Source: Podarcis erhardii
Lineage: Eukaryota
DNA: 64,000 nt
Reading direction: 5' to 3' (one strand)
NCBI GenBank assembly: GCA_964252035.1
Contig: OZ176216.1
Below, one piece after another: positions 49,801 through 61,896 of this stretch; the first letter of the stretch is position 1, and each line of letters starts with the position of its first letter. Under the pieces are notes generated by a model. It was not told the DNA's origin. It worked only from the letters and a program-made list of their open reading frames with translations, and did no database searches. The position numbers and the translations under genes are program-made.

Positions 49801-51577
49801 TATTCTGTGCCTGAAAAAGTGTCATGGGGAGTTTGCTTTGGCTAACTTCATTGAGGATTGCTGCTTGTTTGAGAATTCTTTAAACGCTGCAGGGAAACTG
49901 TCCGTGGATCCCATTCCTCAATCAGCCAATCAACCCTCTTTTTAAAAGGGTTGCAGCAAGGCATTGTGAGCCTGGGTGACACATCAGTAGAGAAAAATAA
50001 ATTGCAACACGTGCCATCACTAGGCCCCTGAAGGTTCCCTTCCCTTAAGTAGGCAGAGGGAGAGAAAGAATTCTAGTGATGCTGATTTGCCCCTCCCTGT
50101 TATACGACAATTACTTTCCTGCAAGTAATGCTTTCCTGCATTATTTTTCAAAAAGAACTTAAAGCAGAATGATTTCCATTCAGCTTCTGGAGGTGCTCAC
50201 TGGAGGAAAACCCCTACCATTATAGAAGTTGGATACCTGTGAGCCTATTCTGGGATGTCCACCTGCACCCCATCCATTAATTTTCTTCATTCGAGGGCAG
50301 GATATTCTTTCTTAGTGAAGCACTCACCCTCCTGCAACACTGAGGAGTTCTGTGAATGCTGCGGCCAAGTTCTGACTCTGGCTGCAGTAATTTTACTTGA
50401 TTCTATTGTGGGTAAAATGTATTAGCTTTTAATCACTTATTTTGTAATAGAAAATCCAGGGCACTTGATAAATCATCTCCAGCGCAATTAGTGACCAACT
50501 CAGGAGAGCAGGCTTAAGTACGGTATAAGTTAATCTGTAATGAATGTAGTCACTAACTTTTAATGGTCTTCTCAATCAGTGGAATTATTTTCAATGGGCA
50601 AACACTCTTCCACGGAACCCGCTCTGACTTGCAGGGTGCCTCACTTCACTCCTGTGATCCAAACAGACTAATCATGTGTTCAGAGGAAAGGGGGCTCTAA
50701 AAGGTTCTTTCGCTCCATGAATGAATTTTACTCTACTCTTGGCAAGCCCTGGAACAGGCACTTCATGTAACTCAATTTTTCCCTGATGGAACAAAGCTGA
50801 AGAGTGAGGTCTTCTCTTTCTCTCTCCTGCAATCATTATCCATTTTCCATTATAATAGTCCCAGGAGGACTCTGGCAATCTAAAAGCTATTCAGGCACTT
50901 CTTCAGATATAGGCAGAAGCACAATGATGGAGAGCCAGGGTAGACCAAGTGTTGGATCCATACCTCAAAAGACTTGGGTTCAAATCCCTCAGGACATTGG
51001 GGGATCAACTAAGGTAATGTTTGAACTCATGCAAGTTAAAACTTAGCAGGCTACACTTTATAGATTGGAAACCACTAGGGAACCACAGCACAGCTGCCCT
51101 GAGTCTTTCTGAGAGAGTGTCAGATACAAATAACTAGGTTTGTGAGATGGCAAACTGCTGTCTCTCAGTCTCAATTTCCTTAGGCTAAGAATAGGGATGC
51201 CTTACCTCAAAGAGATGCTATAAGAATGAAAAAGATGAAGATTGGAAGACTCCTTGCACATCCCAACAGTTTTGCATGCACAGTTGTTAGTTTAACATGC
51301 CTTTTCCTTGCAGAACACAATCCTCTGTGCATAAACCTTGCCCATGTGAATATGAGTGCGAGCTCACCTTTTTCCTGCTATTTTTCATATTAGCTCAGCA
51401 ATGCAAGAGGTATATATTAGAGCCACAAATAATCTCCCCTCCCCTTCCGATGCAGAGTCATCATTTGTCACCTTTCTGCTTATTTCTTCCAGGACCATTG
51501 ATAGTTCCTGGGTCCAAACAGTGCCTTCACACATTCAGGTTTTATTTATTGTCCGCAGCAAAGAGTAGCACCCTATT

Positions 51578-51937
51578 AAAGGTAAAGGACCCCTGACAGT
51601 TAAGTCCAGTTGCGAACGACTGGGGTTTCGGTGCTCATCTCGCTTTACTGGCCAAGGGAGCCGACGTTTGTCCTCAGACAGTTTTTCTGGGTCATGCAGC
51701 CAGCATGACTAAGCCGCTTATGGCAAACCAGAGCAGCGCACGGAAACGCCGTTTACCTTCCCACCGGAGCGGTACCTATTTATCTACTTGCACTCTGACG
51801 TGCTTTCGAACTGCTAGCTTGGCAGGAGCAGGGACCGAGCAACGGGAGCTCACCCCGTCACGGGGATTTGAACTGCCGCCCTTCTGATTGGCAAGCCCTA
51901 GGCTCATTGGTTTAGACCACAGCGCCAATCACGTCCC
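51578..51937 (-). mobile_element. Sauria SINE (more diverged)
   Basis: Same body as the other two copies, with more substitutions; no clear TSD. Confidence 0.93.
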
Positions 51938-52199
51938 AACCATAAAAATATTGGGGAAACTTCAGGATCTTTTTTAAAAAATACTGTTTTCAAGTTGTTG
52001 CCCTGTTTTACTATGTAAACCCATTTTAGAACTTTTTGCTGAAAAGCTGTATATCTAAACACCCCTAATAAATAATACCTAGTGGACCCCAGTGCATTTC
52101 AACAAGTGACTTTTCTCTTAAAACCCTGCCTAGACAATGACCATTCTGACTTAAATGTGAGGTTAAGTCCCGGTTTTATTTTAATTTGCCTCTTTTTCA

Positions 52200-52620
52200 T
52201 ATCTGTAGCTGCACAAAAGGCCTCAATTTAAAATTAACAGGAACAATAGCCTATTAATGTGTTACAGTGGGAGGCCAGAGTTTCAGTTGCCATAGCAATG
52301 GAGTTCGGCTCATTTGTTTTGTAGATGAATAATTACTACACAATTAGAGTAGGCTAAAAATAAAGGGTCCCTTTCTTCCCAGTCACTCATTAATATTAAT
52401 AAAAGGCCTGTCCAGGCTGTGGTAAACAATTAATGCAAATCTGGCCACCAGTGGTAAAAAGGTAGCAGTAAAAGTCTCATTGCTAAAACGAGAGTGAAAA
52501 AGTAAGAGAGATTATTCCATTCCTTTGGATAAAAAAGGCAAATGATTTGGAAATTATTCTATATTGACCCAGGATGAGTTGTTGTATTGCTTATAATGGA
52601 ATGGCCGCTGGGCTTCTGAA
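52200..52620. promoter_or_regulatory. Candidate conserved intronic enhancer (RFX X-box, FOX/SOX-octamer composite)
   Basis: GTTGCCATAGCAAT at 52286-52299; GTAAACAATTAATGCAAAT at 52422-52440; several TAAT/ATTA cores; not repeat-like. Confidence 0.45.
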
Positions 52621-52941
52621 TAGAGCTGGACAACAGATATATGAAGTTTTCAGAGTTAGTTCATATGGAGACAGGTGGCCCTTGAAGTATTTCAGTCCTG
52701 AGAAATAGAGAATATAGAAAGCACTGTTGCCATGAAGGGCATTTTACATAGCAATATAAAAAAAGGCAGCAACCTGCCCTCAGCCACCCTTTCAGCAGCT
52801 TCCTCAGTCTTTGCTCTTCGGTTCTCTCTCCATCATCCTTGTGGCTGTGACTTCGCACTGGAGCATAAAGAACATCCTCTGTGTTGCAGGTTCCAAAATT
52901 TCATCGTGATGAGCAACAGAATGTCCAGAGCCTCTCTTAGT

Positions 52942-53163
52942 TAGGGCTGCCGCATTTCAAAAAGTAAAAATCTGGACACAAAAGTTGTTGAGCAAAATCA
53001 CAAAAAAGAAAACTTGAGCTATTTTTAAGGAAATTTGCCAAAATCTACACTTAGGATGTGGGTTGCCATATGTCTGGATTTTCCCGGACATTACAGCAAT
53101 TTCCTCCCAGGCACTGTTTACAAGGGCCAAACTCTGGCTATGTCCGGACATATGGCAGCCCTA
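52942..53163. mobile_element. hAT MITE with 8-bp TSD
   Basis: TIR TAGGGCTGCC...GGCAGCCCTA; TSD CTCTTAGT at 52934-52941 and 53164-53171. Confidence 0.9.
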
Positions 53164-56100
53164 CTCTTAGTGAAACTAACATAGACACTTACCTTGGAGG
53201 GCCCATATTTGTCTACAACACAGCAAGCAAAGCAGGCAAAGAAAGATGAAGTATTTGGGTTTCAGATGAGGGATCATATAGAGAGTAATGGCAAACAGGT
53301 ACCTGGCAGCAGTAATCAACCATGTGAAGGTCTAGAGCACATCAACTTAGCTTTATTCTGCTGCCTTCTAACCCAGTGAAGACACTGATTGGGGAGATAT
53401 TCCTTGGAAGCACCTTGGGCCTCACCTGGCACCTTCTTTCAGAAATCCACTTCAACTTTTTACCATGCTGTATTCCGCTACATGCCACCACCAGCTCATT
53501 CCTCGCTTTATCAACTTGTGTTAAAGATCATGTAACCTCTTTGTTCTGCCCACTGTTTTCAGTGACTCACTCATGATCAGATAAGACATTCAAAAGATAA
53601 GTATTCTGAATATTCCTTTCTCCTCTTTATTCATTGGACGAGCTCCTTGGAGTCCAGACTGCTCTCGAATGCAGGTGTGAGATAAGGAGCACATGCTATA
53701 TATTGTGGCTTCGTGAGTAGCTATTTTTAGCAATAAAAATTCACCATGATAAGAATATGACCAGCAAAACACCAGCTTCCATTGCTGGAGGTGAAGAAGC
53801 TACACAGCAAAATGCTTTATGATATAGTGGCATCAATCGTCATGCTGGCTAATGGCAGAAAAACAAAAAAGTGAAAATGAATAGCTCAGAAGGGGAACAG
53901 GTAATCAGTGGTTGAAGTTGCTGTCAAACATTGACTTCTTCCTTCTATTCCAAGAAACAAAATGGCTGACCAGTTGATTGGCATGGTCAACTATTTTGAC
54001 AGGTTGCCTTGGAATCCCCAGCCTCTATGATTGTTGTCTTCTCTCTCGCCACCCCCACCCCCCACTCAAAAATAATAATAATATCTGGACGAGATGTCAA
54101 AATATGGTGCAGGTTTTTCCGAGGGGATGGTTATCTTCTGCCCTCCAAAACTATGTAACAAAAAGAGAGAAAAATGTAGCACAGCATTTGAAAGGTCGAC
54201 ATTTGTTTGTTGTTAAGGATCTAATTAGAAGCATGAGAGGGAGCAGACTGGCTGCTTGCTTGGCTAATTAGTGACATGCACGAAGACCACTTTGAACTTC
54301 AAGGACACAGAGCTATTAGCACTTACATCAAAAATGGATTAAACTTCTGTGCTTTTGTAATGATTAAAGATGAGCCCCTCAAGTGGAAACTCTTTTGTCA
54401 AATGCTGCAAGAAGAACTGGAGCTCTGATTGCCGTTTCTCTTGGAGAAGCTTTGCACGGCCTCGCGTGTGATGGCACTGGCCCCATCTGAAAATGACACT
54501 GTGTTTAATTCGCAATATGGGAGATTTTGATTAGGTTATAAATATTGATTGCTCATGAAACATCACAGCTAAGATGAGAAATGTATTTATTTGCCTCCAT
54601 GAGCAAGTGCAGGATTTTATTTTGTGAGGGGTTTTTTTTATATACTTTGCTGTGTGTCAAGTATTTTGTTAATCTGTTCCCAATCACTTGTCGCCAATCC
54701 TTTATCAGTGTGCAAGTTTAAACTCAGCTAAAACAGCTATTAAGGATGCAGTTGTTTCTAATATACTTATGGCTTTGGACGGGTGGCTAACTTAGACGTC
54801 AAAGTTCCCCAGCCTATCGCCATTTTAGTGGCTTTAAAGAGGTTGTCTAAATGCCCCGGCGCCTCATCTGTCTGACACGGCGAAAGAGTAATGCCCCCAC
54901 ACCCTCCCTACACTACAGTTGCTATGTCCCTAGCAGAACTTTGGGAAAGAGGAAATCCTTCCTATCTTATGATAAGCCATCTTGAGGATAATACTGATGC
55001 AAGTTGAGAGGTGCACATCTTTCCTGCTCTCCTGAGTTCTCATTCTGGCCTCTCCGTAGGCCACAACAGACAAGGTTTGTCAACCTGGAACAGGAGTAAT
55101 TTTGGCCATTTCTACAATTCAGCACCATGTGATCTGTGCAAAACTCTTTGATGCACCATCTCCATATAGAAACCAGTTGCAAGAGACAGCTCTTTTCTTA
55201 ATCATATTCTCAACCTATCAGCAATATTTGCAAACTGCGCTTCACTGTATGTATTCTGGATTCAGTCTTTGCCAATGTTCCTCCATTCCTCTGTCCCATG
55301 TATCCTCTTGTTGATGCTGCTCTTAAGCTACAAATGCAACTGGTAACACCACCACCCTTTCTGACCACATTATGCAGCAATAGATGTATGGCATTTCTCC
55401 TACATCCACTGACCCTTTTGAGTTGTATGGATTTCAGTGGGATTTGATCTTGCTTAGCTGTCGCTGGCTTGTGTCCACATTCCACAAAACAGGATGCTAA
55501 AGCCTGGAGATTGCAGCTCTTTTTATACATGCCATGGGGATTTAGCTTCTACAAATGTATCCGAATATCTTTTGAGCTGTATCATGAACCCAGCTGCACA
55601 ATGGCTCTTTGAGCTGCATTTAACCTCCCTTGTGATTATGTTACCCAGTTATGTTACATGAAGCAATCAATATGTTCCAAAGCTTGCAGAGAGGAATGTT
55701 CTAACCTTTTGAACAGACTCTAAAATCCAGGTGGTCTTCATTTTGTACAGGGACACCAAGACTATTTCCTATTTAGAGCAACATCGTGGAAGTGACACCA
55801 GTAGCATAGTCAGATAATTTTAGGCTTACTAACCTTATACACAGACACACCTCTTAGATCTTAGGTTTAGTCATGTTGCATTTTGTAGCCCTCTTGCTCG
55901 TTTTGCTGATTGGGGCTCTGGTCATCTGCCCCAAAGTCCAATTCTGAGACCACCATCATGTAGCAGATGAGAGATTTAAGACTAGAATATTTACAGGCCC
56001 TTCCAGCATGATGGATGTTTGCTTTTAGGCAGTGGGTGGGCAACCTGCAACCAAACCAGCCTAATGCATGTTGCCCTTCGTCTCATCTCATGGAGCCCTT

Positions 56101-57204
56101 GGTCTAATGTCATGCTGGTGGGGAAAGTTGAAAGAAAGAGGAGGTTTGGAGGAGGAAGAACCAGGGGAGAAAGCAGAGACAGAGGGAGACAAATGAAAGA
56201 AGGAGAAGAAAGGGACACTGCAGACCATGGGCAAGAGTGATCTGCCTCTCCCTGGTTGCCCATCAGGCAGGGGATGAGAAGGGGTGATAGAGAACATGAG
56301 TGGTCCCTATGCACACACTTTGTATCTAGCTTCATCCACTGCTCTCTTTGGTTCTGCCACCACTAGCATTCAACACCCTCCCCCAGCTGACCCCCAAAGG
56401 AACGTGGCCCTCAATAGAACAAGGGCTCCTCACCTTGTTGAAGGTGAAGAATGTTCCCTGTTTTCTTCAAGTTGTTTCAATGCCCTGCCCTGCTGCTGCT
56501 TAGCTCATACGTTTATAAAAAGAGACAACCCAGAGATGAGCAGATTTTTAAGAGTGTGTTCAGTTGGCAAAGTGGTACACAGAGTGCCCCATGATATTGC
56601 ACTTTCATGATACCTGGGAGCCCCTTTTACCATTTTTTCGAATGCCTATGGGCATCAATAGATGCTTAGCAAGGTAAGGGTTCAACTTGATTATGTTTCA
56701 GGGAGGAAAGTGTTATTGTGGGATTTATTGTTTATTGTATTAGGGTTTTTTATTGTTTGTTGGTTTAGGTTTTCTTCATCTTGCAGTTAATTAATTCACA
56801 GTATTTGTGGTCAGAAAGAATCACTGCAATTATCCAATTTGATTTATTGTAGCAGGGGTTTCCAAAACATCCTGCCAATGTTTTTATCCATTCTTAAGTT
56901 GATGAATTCTTGTGGTCAGTGGGTCAGCAGTAGTTCTCAACTTTCTAAGATTTGAAAGCACCACCAAATTTACATAAATGTGCTCTTAGTGGCATATCAT
57001 CCTATATACTTTGCTTTCAAAGACACTGAGCCCCATCTGCTTAAGAAAGGCCTTTCTGCCCTGTGATCCAATCATCATTCCAGTTTCGCAGGTCACTTGG
57101 CTAAAGCTTTAGAGAGTGACCTGCACAATTGGCATGATGACTGGGCAGTTTATAATCCCATGGCAGATTGCACAAACACAATCCCAAATGCCAGTTTCAA
57201 CAAG

Positions 57205-57300
57205 ACCTAAAATCTGAAGGCATCTGATGCAGCAGCCTTGCTGAAGCTAAGCAGGCCTGGCTCTCATTAGGGCCTGGATGGGAGACTGACTGGGACCTCA
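57205..57300 (+). mobile_element. 5S rRNA-derived SINE head or 5S pseudogene fragment
   Basis: gaagctaagcagg...ttagggcctggatgggagactgactggga aligns to 5S box A (AGCTAAGCAGGG) and box C (TGGATGGGAGACC); degenerate. Confidence 0.65.
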
Positions 57301-57705
57301 ACATAAATCTCATTGAGTTCTATTTAAGAAAGACAGATTCAGATAAAAAAGAAAATCAGTCAGATCATCTTTGGGTAAAGTCTGACAGTGTGGTATTATC
57401 TCCCCTGGGCAGGCGAGTCTTGTCTGTCTGTCTTGTATCCCACCTTAAAATGGTGCCTGCATGATGTCTTAGAATAAGGCTTTCCATTGAGTAATGTGTA
57501 GAAACGTCTGGGGGTGTGCAGCTAGAATGTTTGCAGCAGGTGTTAGGGGAAATTATGACACTTTCTTCCTGAGTCTGCAACAAGGAAACCTTTGGTAAAG
57601 TTATTGAGGGCTTGCTTGACAAAGCAACTCAGTTGCACTGGTCAATCATGACCACTGCTGAGGAACTAGAGATTTAAGCAGCCATGTACTGCACTGACCC
57701 GGCAC

Positions 57706-57828
57706 CAGGGATGGGAAACCTACAACAGCTCCCACCTCTGACTTACAACTCCCATCAGTCGCTGAACATTATCCAGGCTGGTTGGGGCTCATGGGAGTTG
57801 AAGTCCAGCAACATCTGGAGAGCCACAG
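57706..57828. mobile_element. Palindromic hAT-like MITE (decayed)
   Basis: cagggatgggaaacc...acaactcccatc...tgggagttgaagtccagcaacatctggagagccacag. Confidence 0.6.
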
Positions 57829-58355
57829 AATCTTTGGTATCACCTGGCTTCCAGGACCAGGAAGATGCCAGTTTGCAGAGTTGTAGCTTGGCTCAAACTG
57901 CCTGCATTTCCCTCTTCCAGCCAGTCAGGGGGCTAGGTACTAGCCACAGGGCTCATGGCAATACGTGACCCTTGTCAATCACAGAAGGCACAATGGGACA
58001 TTTTTTGCCAAAGTATTTTGGTGTTTCACACTTGTCTGTTTTTACTTGTTTACAAGCATTTCTAAACCACTTAATATTTAAAATCTCTGAACCATGTAGA
58101 AAATTGCAAACATAAAAACAGTGAAACTGTATAATAAAAACAGATAAAACCAATTCTAGTCAAAACAGGGTCCAGTCTTATGGGTCAGGGAAACTCTAGG
58201 CAAGAGGAAGTGGCTGAAGCAACGTCTGGCAGAGGAAAGGGCAATCCATAAGGCAGAGGCAACAGTGGAGAACACTTGTTTTTAGATCACCACCCTATGA
58301 TATTCTGTAGAGTATGGTGCCACAAGCCATTTCCCTCCAAATTGTCTAAGCGTCC

Positions 58356-58590
58356 TTAGAAGTCTCCACAGCAGCAGTCTTTCAGGTAACGTGGCCTAGG
58401 GTTGTCCAAGGCTTTATATGTTAATAACAAGACTTTGAACATGACACAGCTGGCAGCCAGTCCAGGTCCCTCAGCACAGGTGGAACATGTGTGCGTCCCG
58501 GTGCTCCAGTCAACAATCTGGCAGCTGCATTCTGCACTGCCTGCAGCTTCTCCGCCAATCTTGAGGGAAGCCCCACACAAGGAGCATGTC
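58356..58590 (-). mobile_element. L2 ORF2 C-terminal fragment
   Basis: Minus ORF contains FKVLLLTYKALDNPRPRYLKD, compare L2 FKVLVLTFKALNGLGPxYL. Confidence 0.7.
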
Positions 58591-61500
58591 CTATTGTTGG
58601 GTTCTTCCAGCCTTACAGTTCTGAAGCACGCTTTGGACCCGTTTAGCTCCAACATTGTACGTTGGACCTCTACTAGCAACCCAAATTAAGCAACGCCAAA
58701 GAACAGCCGCTGGTTTTTGAAGTATAAAAGTTGGAGACGGTAACGGCAGGTTTCCCGTTGGCTTGTATGCCCAGCGCTACATGTGCTGAGTGTCGGCGCT
58801 CCTTGTTCGACAGCGTCTCCCTGATGTACACATTACTACACGCAGCTTCTGCCTCCACTTTCATCTGTATCGGCAGCATTAAATATTATTATATCATTTA
58901 CTCTCTCGAGCAGGAAAATGATGTTTGGCAGCTTGTTCTATGAATTTTTCATAAAGATAAAAAGCGGCCTAATCTTGTGAGCTTTAACTCTCAGTAGCAG
59001 TAATGGCTTTGATTTAAAGTGTTTTGTCTTAATGATAGTTATATTGAAAATTTCCTGCTGCTTTCAAGCACGCACGGTTATTATCATAAACACTGATGGT
59101 GCAAACGGCTGCCAAATTGCGTGTGGCTGCTTATGGCAAGAGAGGAGAGAAAAAGAGAGACAGGGAGCTCTGTCGACAGGTTGCTGTCAGTGAGACCTTT
59201 CAATCTTGAGAGCATTTTGAGTCTTCCCGAAGTTTTGCTTTGACCTCCAGAAGTGACTTTTGGGGTTCTCTTCACTTCTCAGCACTGTGGTCCACAGCCA
59301 GGCAAGGATAGCAAGATGAAGCAGAATCTCAGGCAGTGTTTGTACAGCTGTTCTTCTGGAAAGTACCCTTAATAAAGGAGCGTTTACACACGCTGCCATC
59401 ATTCTGTGCTAAAGTCGGAACACACAGTTGTTAAGTGTCCTCTGGAGGGCCAAGGCCCTCAATAGAGACCAATTATTTACATCCACTTGGGCAGAAATTC
59501 CCCATGTTGCACGATCCTGCAGAAAATGGCCTACAAACAGATTTAGGGTCATTTCCCAATGGCTGATGCACTTGGAAAGAGAAAGAGTTGGAAGCCCAGG
59601 GTTTGTCAGTCCTGCAAGGAACACTACACCAAGGGGAATTAGTTGGCATGGAAATTAATTCTGCATGAGTGAGTTCTGCTTTGAATGTCCTTGTGGGGGA
59701 AATCACTTCCCCTCTCATTTTTCTCGGTGTGCATTCTTAGGATGTGTGTTGAGAAACAGAAGAGAGTCAACATGCATCGTTCTGTCTGGCTTCTGGGAGA
59801 TCTGCCATACATGTCTTTGGGACCTAAATAGGTAGCTATCTGACCCTTCACAAGTTACAAAGGCACAAGGCAAGTGCCTGCTTTGCAGCTCATATTTAAG
59901 AGTACTGGTCAAACCTCAAAAAAGAGATAAACTCAGTAATACAGGTGCTTTGTGCTACGATCTAATGAGAAAGAAACTATCACAAAACTCTGTAGAGATT
60001 CATGGAAGTTTGGAGCAGAAAAGTAATTTCCTGAGAGTTATTTATTTTTCCCTGTTCAATTCTTTCCTGAATTCACCATCTGGAGGCTCTGTTTTCATAA
60101 TGGAGTGATCTATTTTGGTGATACAGTTGATGCTGAAAGTAATAAATAAATAAATAAATAAAACTTCCTTTCTGTTTTATTTAAGTTCATCTTTTCTGTC
60201 TTGCAAGTTCAGACCTGCTCTTGCCTTTTGCTGGAAGGCAATTATGAATGTGGAAGAGCAAAAGTCTTCCTGGTGCTGGGGGGCGTGGGGGCGTTCTTTG
60301 CTGTCAGCAGCCTGTGCCGTTGTCATGCAAGTGGCAAACAATCTTTCCTCCTTGTTTACCACAGATATTAAAATGTACCTCTTAGTCCACTTCGCTTGGG
60401 AGAATAAATGTGTAGACTGGTTTGTTAAAATGCATGCAGACATTTTTGCACCAACAAATTTGAGAATTGCTGTCCTTTAAAGGATGCCCATGATGTGAAA
60501 TAAGAACAAGCTTAATATCCCAAATCCCAACCCATTGTGAAGTTCACTCACTGCTTTGATCAAACTTGGCTACTAGCCATGATGGCTATGCTCTGCCTCC
60601 ACTATTTGGAGACGGTATACTTCGGAATACCAGTTGCCGTAAACCACAGGAAGGGAGAGTGTTGTTGCACTCAGCTCCTGCTTGCAGGCTCCCCATTGAA
60701 GCATCTGGTGGCCACTGGGAGCACAGGATGCTGAACAACATAGGCCATTGCCCTGATTGAGCATGGCTCTTAGTTCTTTTGAGATTCCCCCTGCTTAGCT
60801 AGGTTAAATGTGGAGTAGATCAACTATTTGTGATACTTGCCTATTAATTTTTGTTACTTATACTAGTTCTCAGTCTGAAGGTTGTGACGAGGTTTAATAG
60901 AAATCAACTTCTGTTTACTTCCTACTGGGACCCAAACCAAATGAAATCTACAAACTGCCTTACTAAAGCCATAGCTTTATATGGTATGAGACTCATTCAT
61001 CTCATCTGGGGCTCTGTGGAGTTCAACTTTTATGGCCAGGGCATTAACACAAACTCCAAACCTTGCACTATGCAGTACTAAAATGGAGGTGGGGTGGGGG
61101 TGATCTTGTAGGATCCAGTACAACAGGAAATCCAGGTAAGATCAAATAAGGAACATTTATCAATAAATACATAGATATACTTTGGTACATATAGTTATGC
61201 ACACGCACGCACACACTTTGTATACATTGCACCTGGTGGTTGGGGATTTTTTTTTTTTTTTTGGCCTTTTATTTGTTTGGGGAACGGGACCTCATGTGGA
61301 TGAACCCCTGTAGCTTTGCAAGGTTAGGCCTAGTCAGCTTGGTTCGGCTTTTCTCTACACTTCTCAGTATGTATTGCATTGGTTGTCATTTTAATCAGTT
61401 GGGGCTCTGTGTTTTCATACTTCTGTTCTTGTGCCTGTTTTGGAAAAGAATATATAGTACATCAGATGGTGAGTTTATGTTTTTTTGGTTTTTTACAAAA

Positions 61501-61719
61501 TCCAGGCTCAATGCCTCTGAACCTATGAGTCTGAGTTAAGGACCCTGGAGCATGTATGATCAAGCTGTGGTCCACTTGCTCCTCAAAATCCTACATACAT
61601 ATATTTTTGCTCTTGTTTCCGTGATTTGTAACTGTAAAAAAATAATAATAAAGTACAATTTAATATTGAAAATAAGAACCAATCCAGTATCCACAATGAT
61701 AGAGTCACTGTATCTCCAG

Positions 61720-61896
61720 GGATCCCCGATTACGGTTTCTATTCTCCGCCCGGTGACCAACGGGCTCAATTATCCTACGCGGACTATGGTTCCATGGGGC
61801 CTCGGGTGGCTCAGATGCTTCGTAGCGAGCACCCTGCTTCAGCGAGTAACTCCCCCCTTCACCACCTTCCCAGCCCGGATCAATTTAAAAGCCCAG
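61720..61896 (+). CDS. MSI2: MSI2 177-nt cassette exon: (G)IPDYGFYSPPGDQRAQLSYADYGSMGPRVAQMLRSEHPASASNSPLHHLPSPDQFKSP(G)
   Basis: tatctccag|GG ... CCCAG|gtttgt. 177 nt = 59 codons, phase 1-1, no stop. 12 CpG in 177 nt against a CpG-poor background. P/G/S/Y composition resembles the MSI2 C-terminus, and the peptide resembles long non-mammalian MSI2 isoforms as recalled. Confidence 0.8.
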
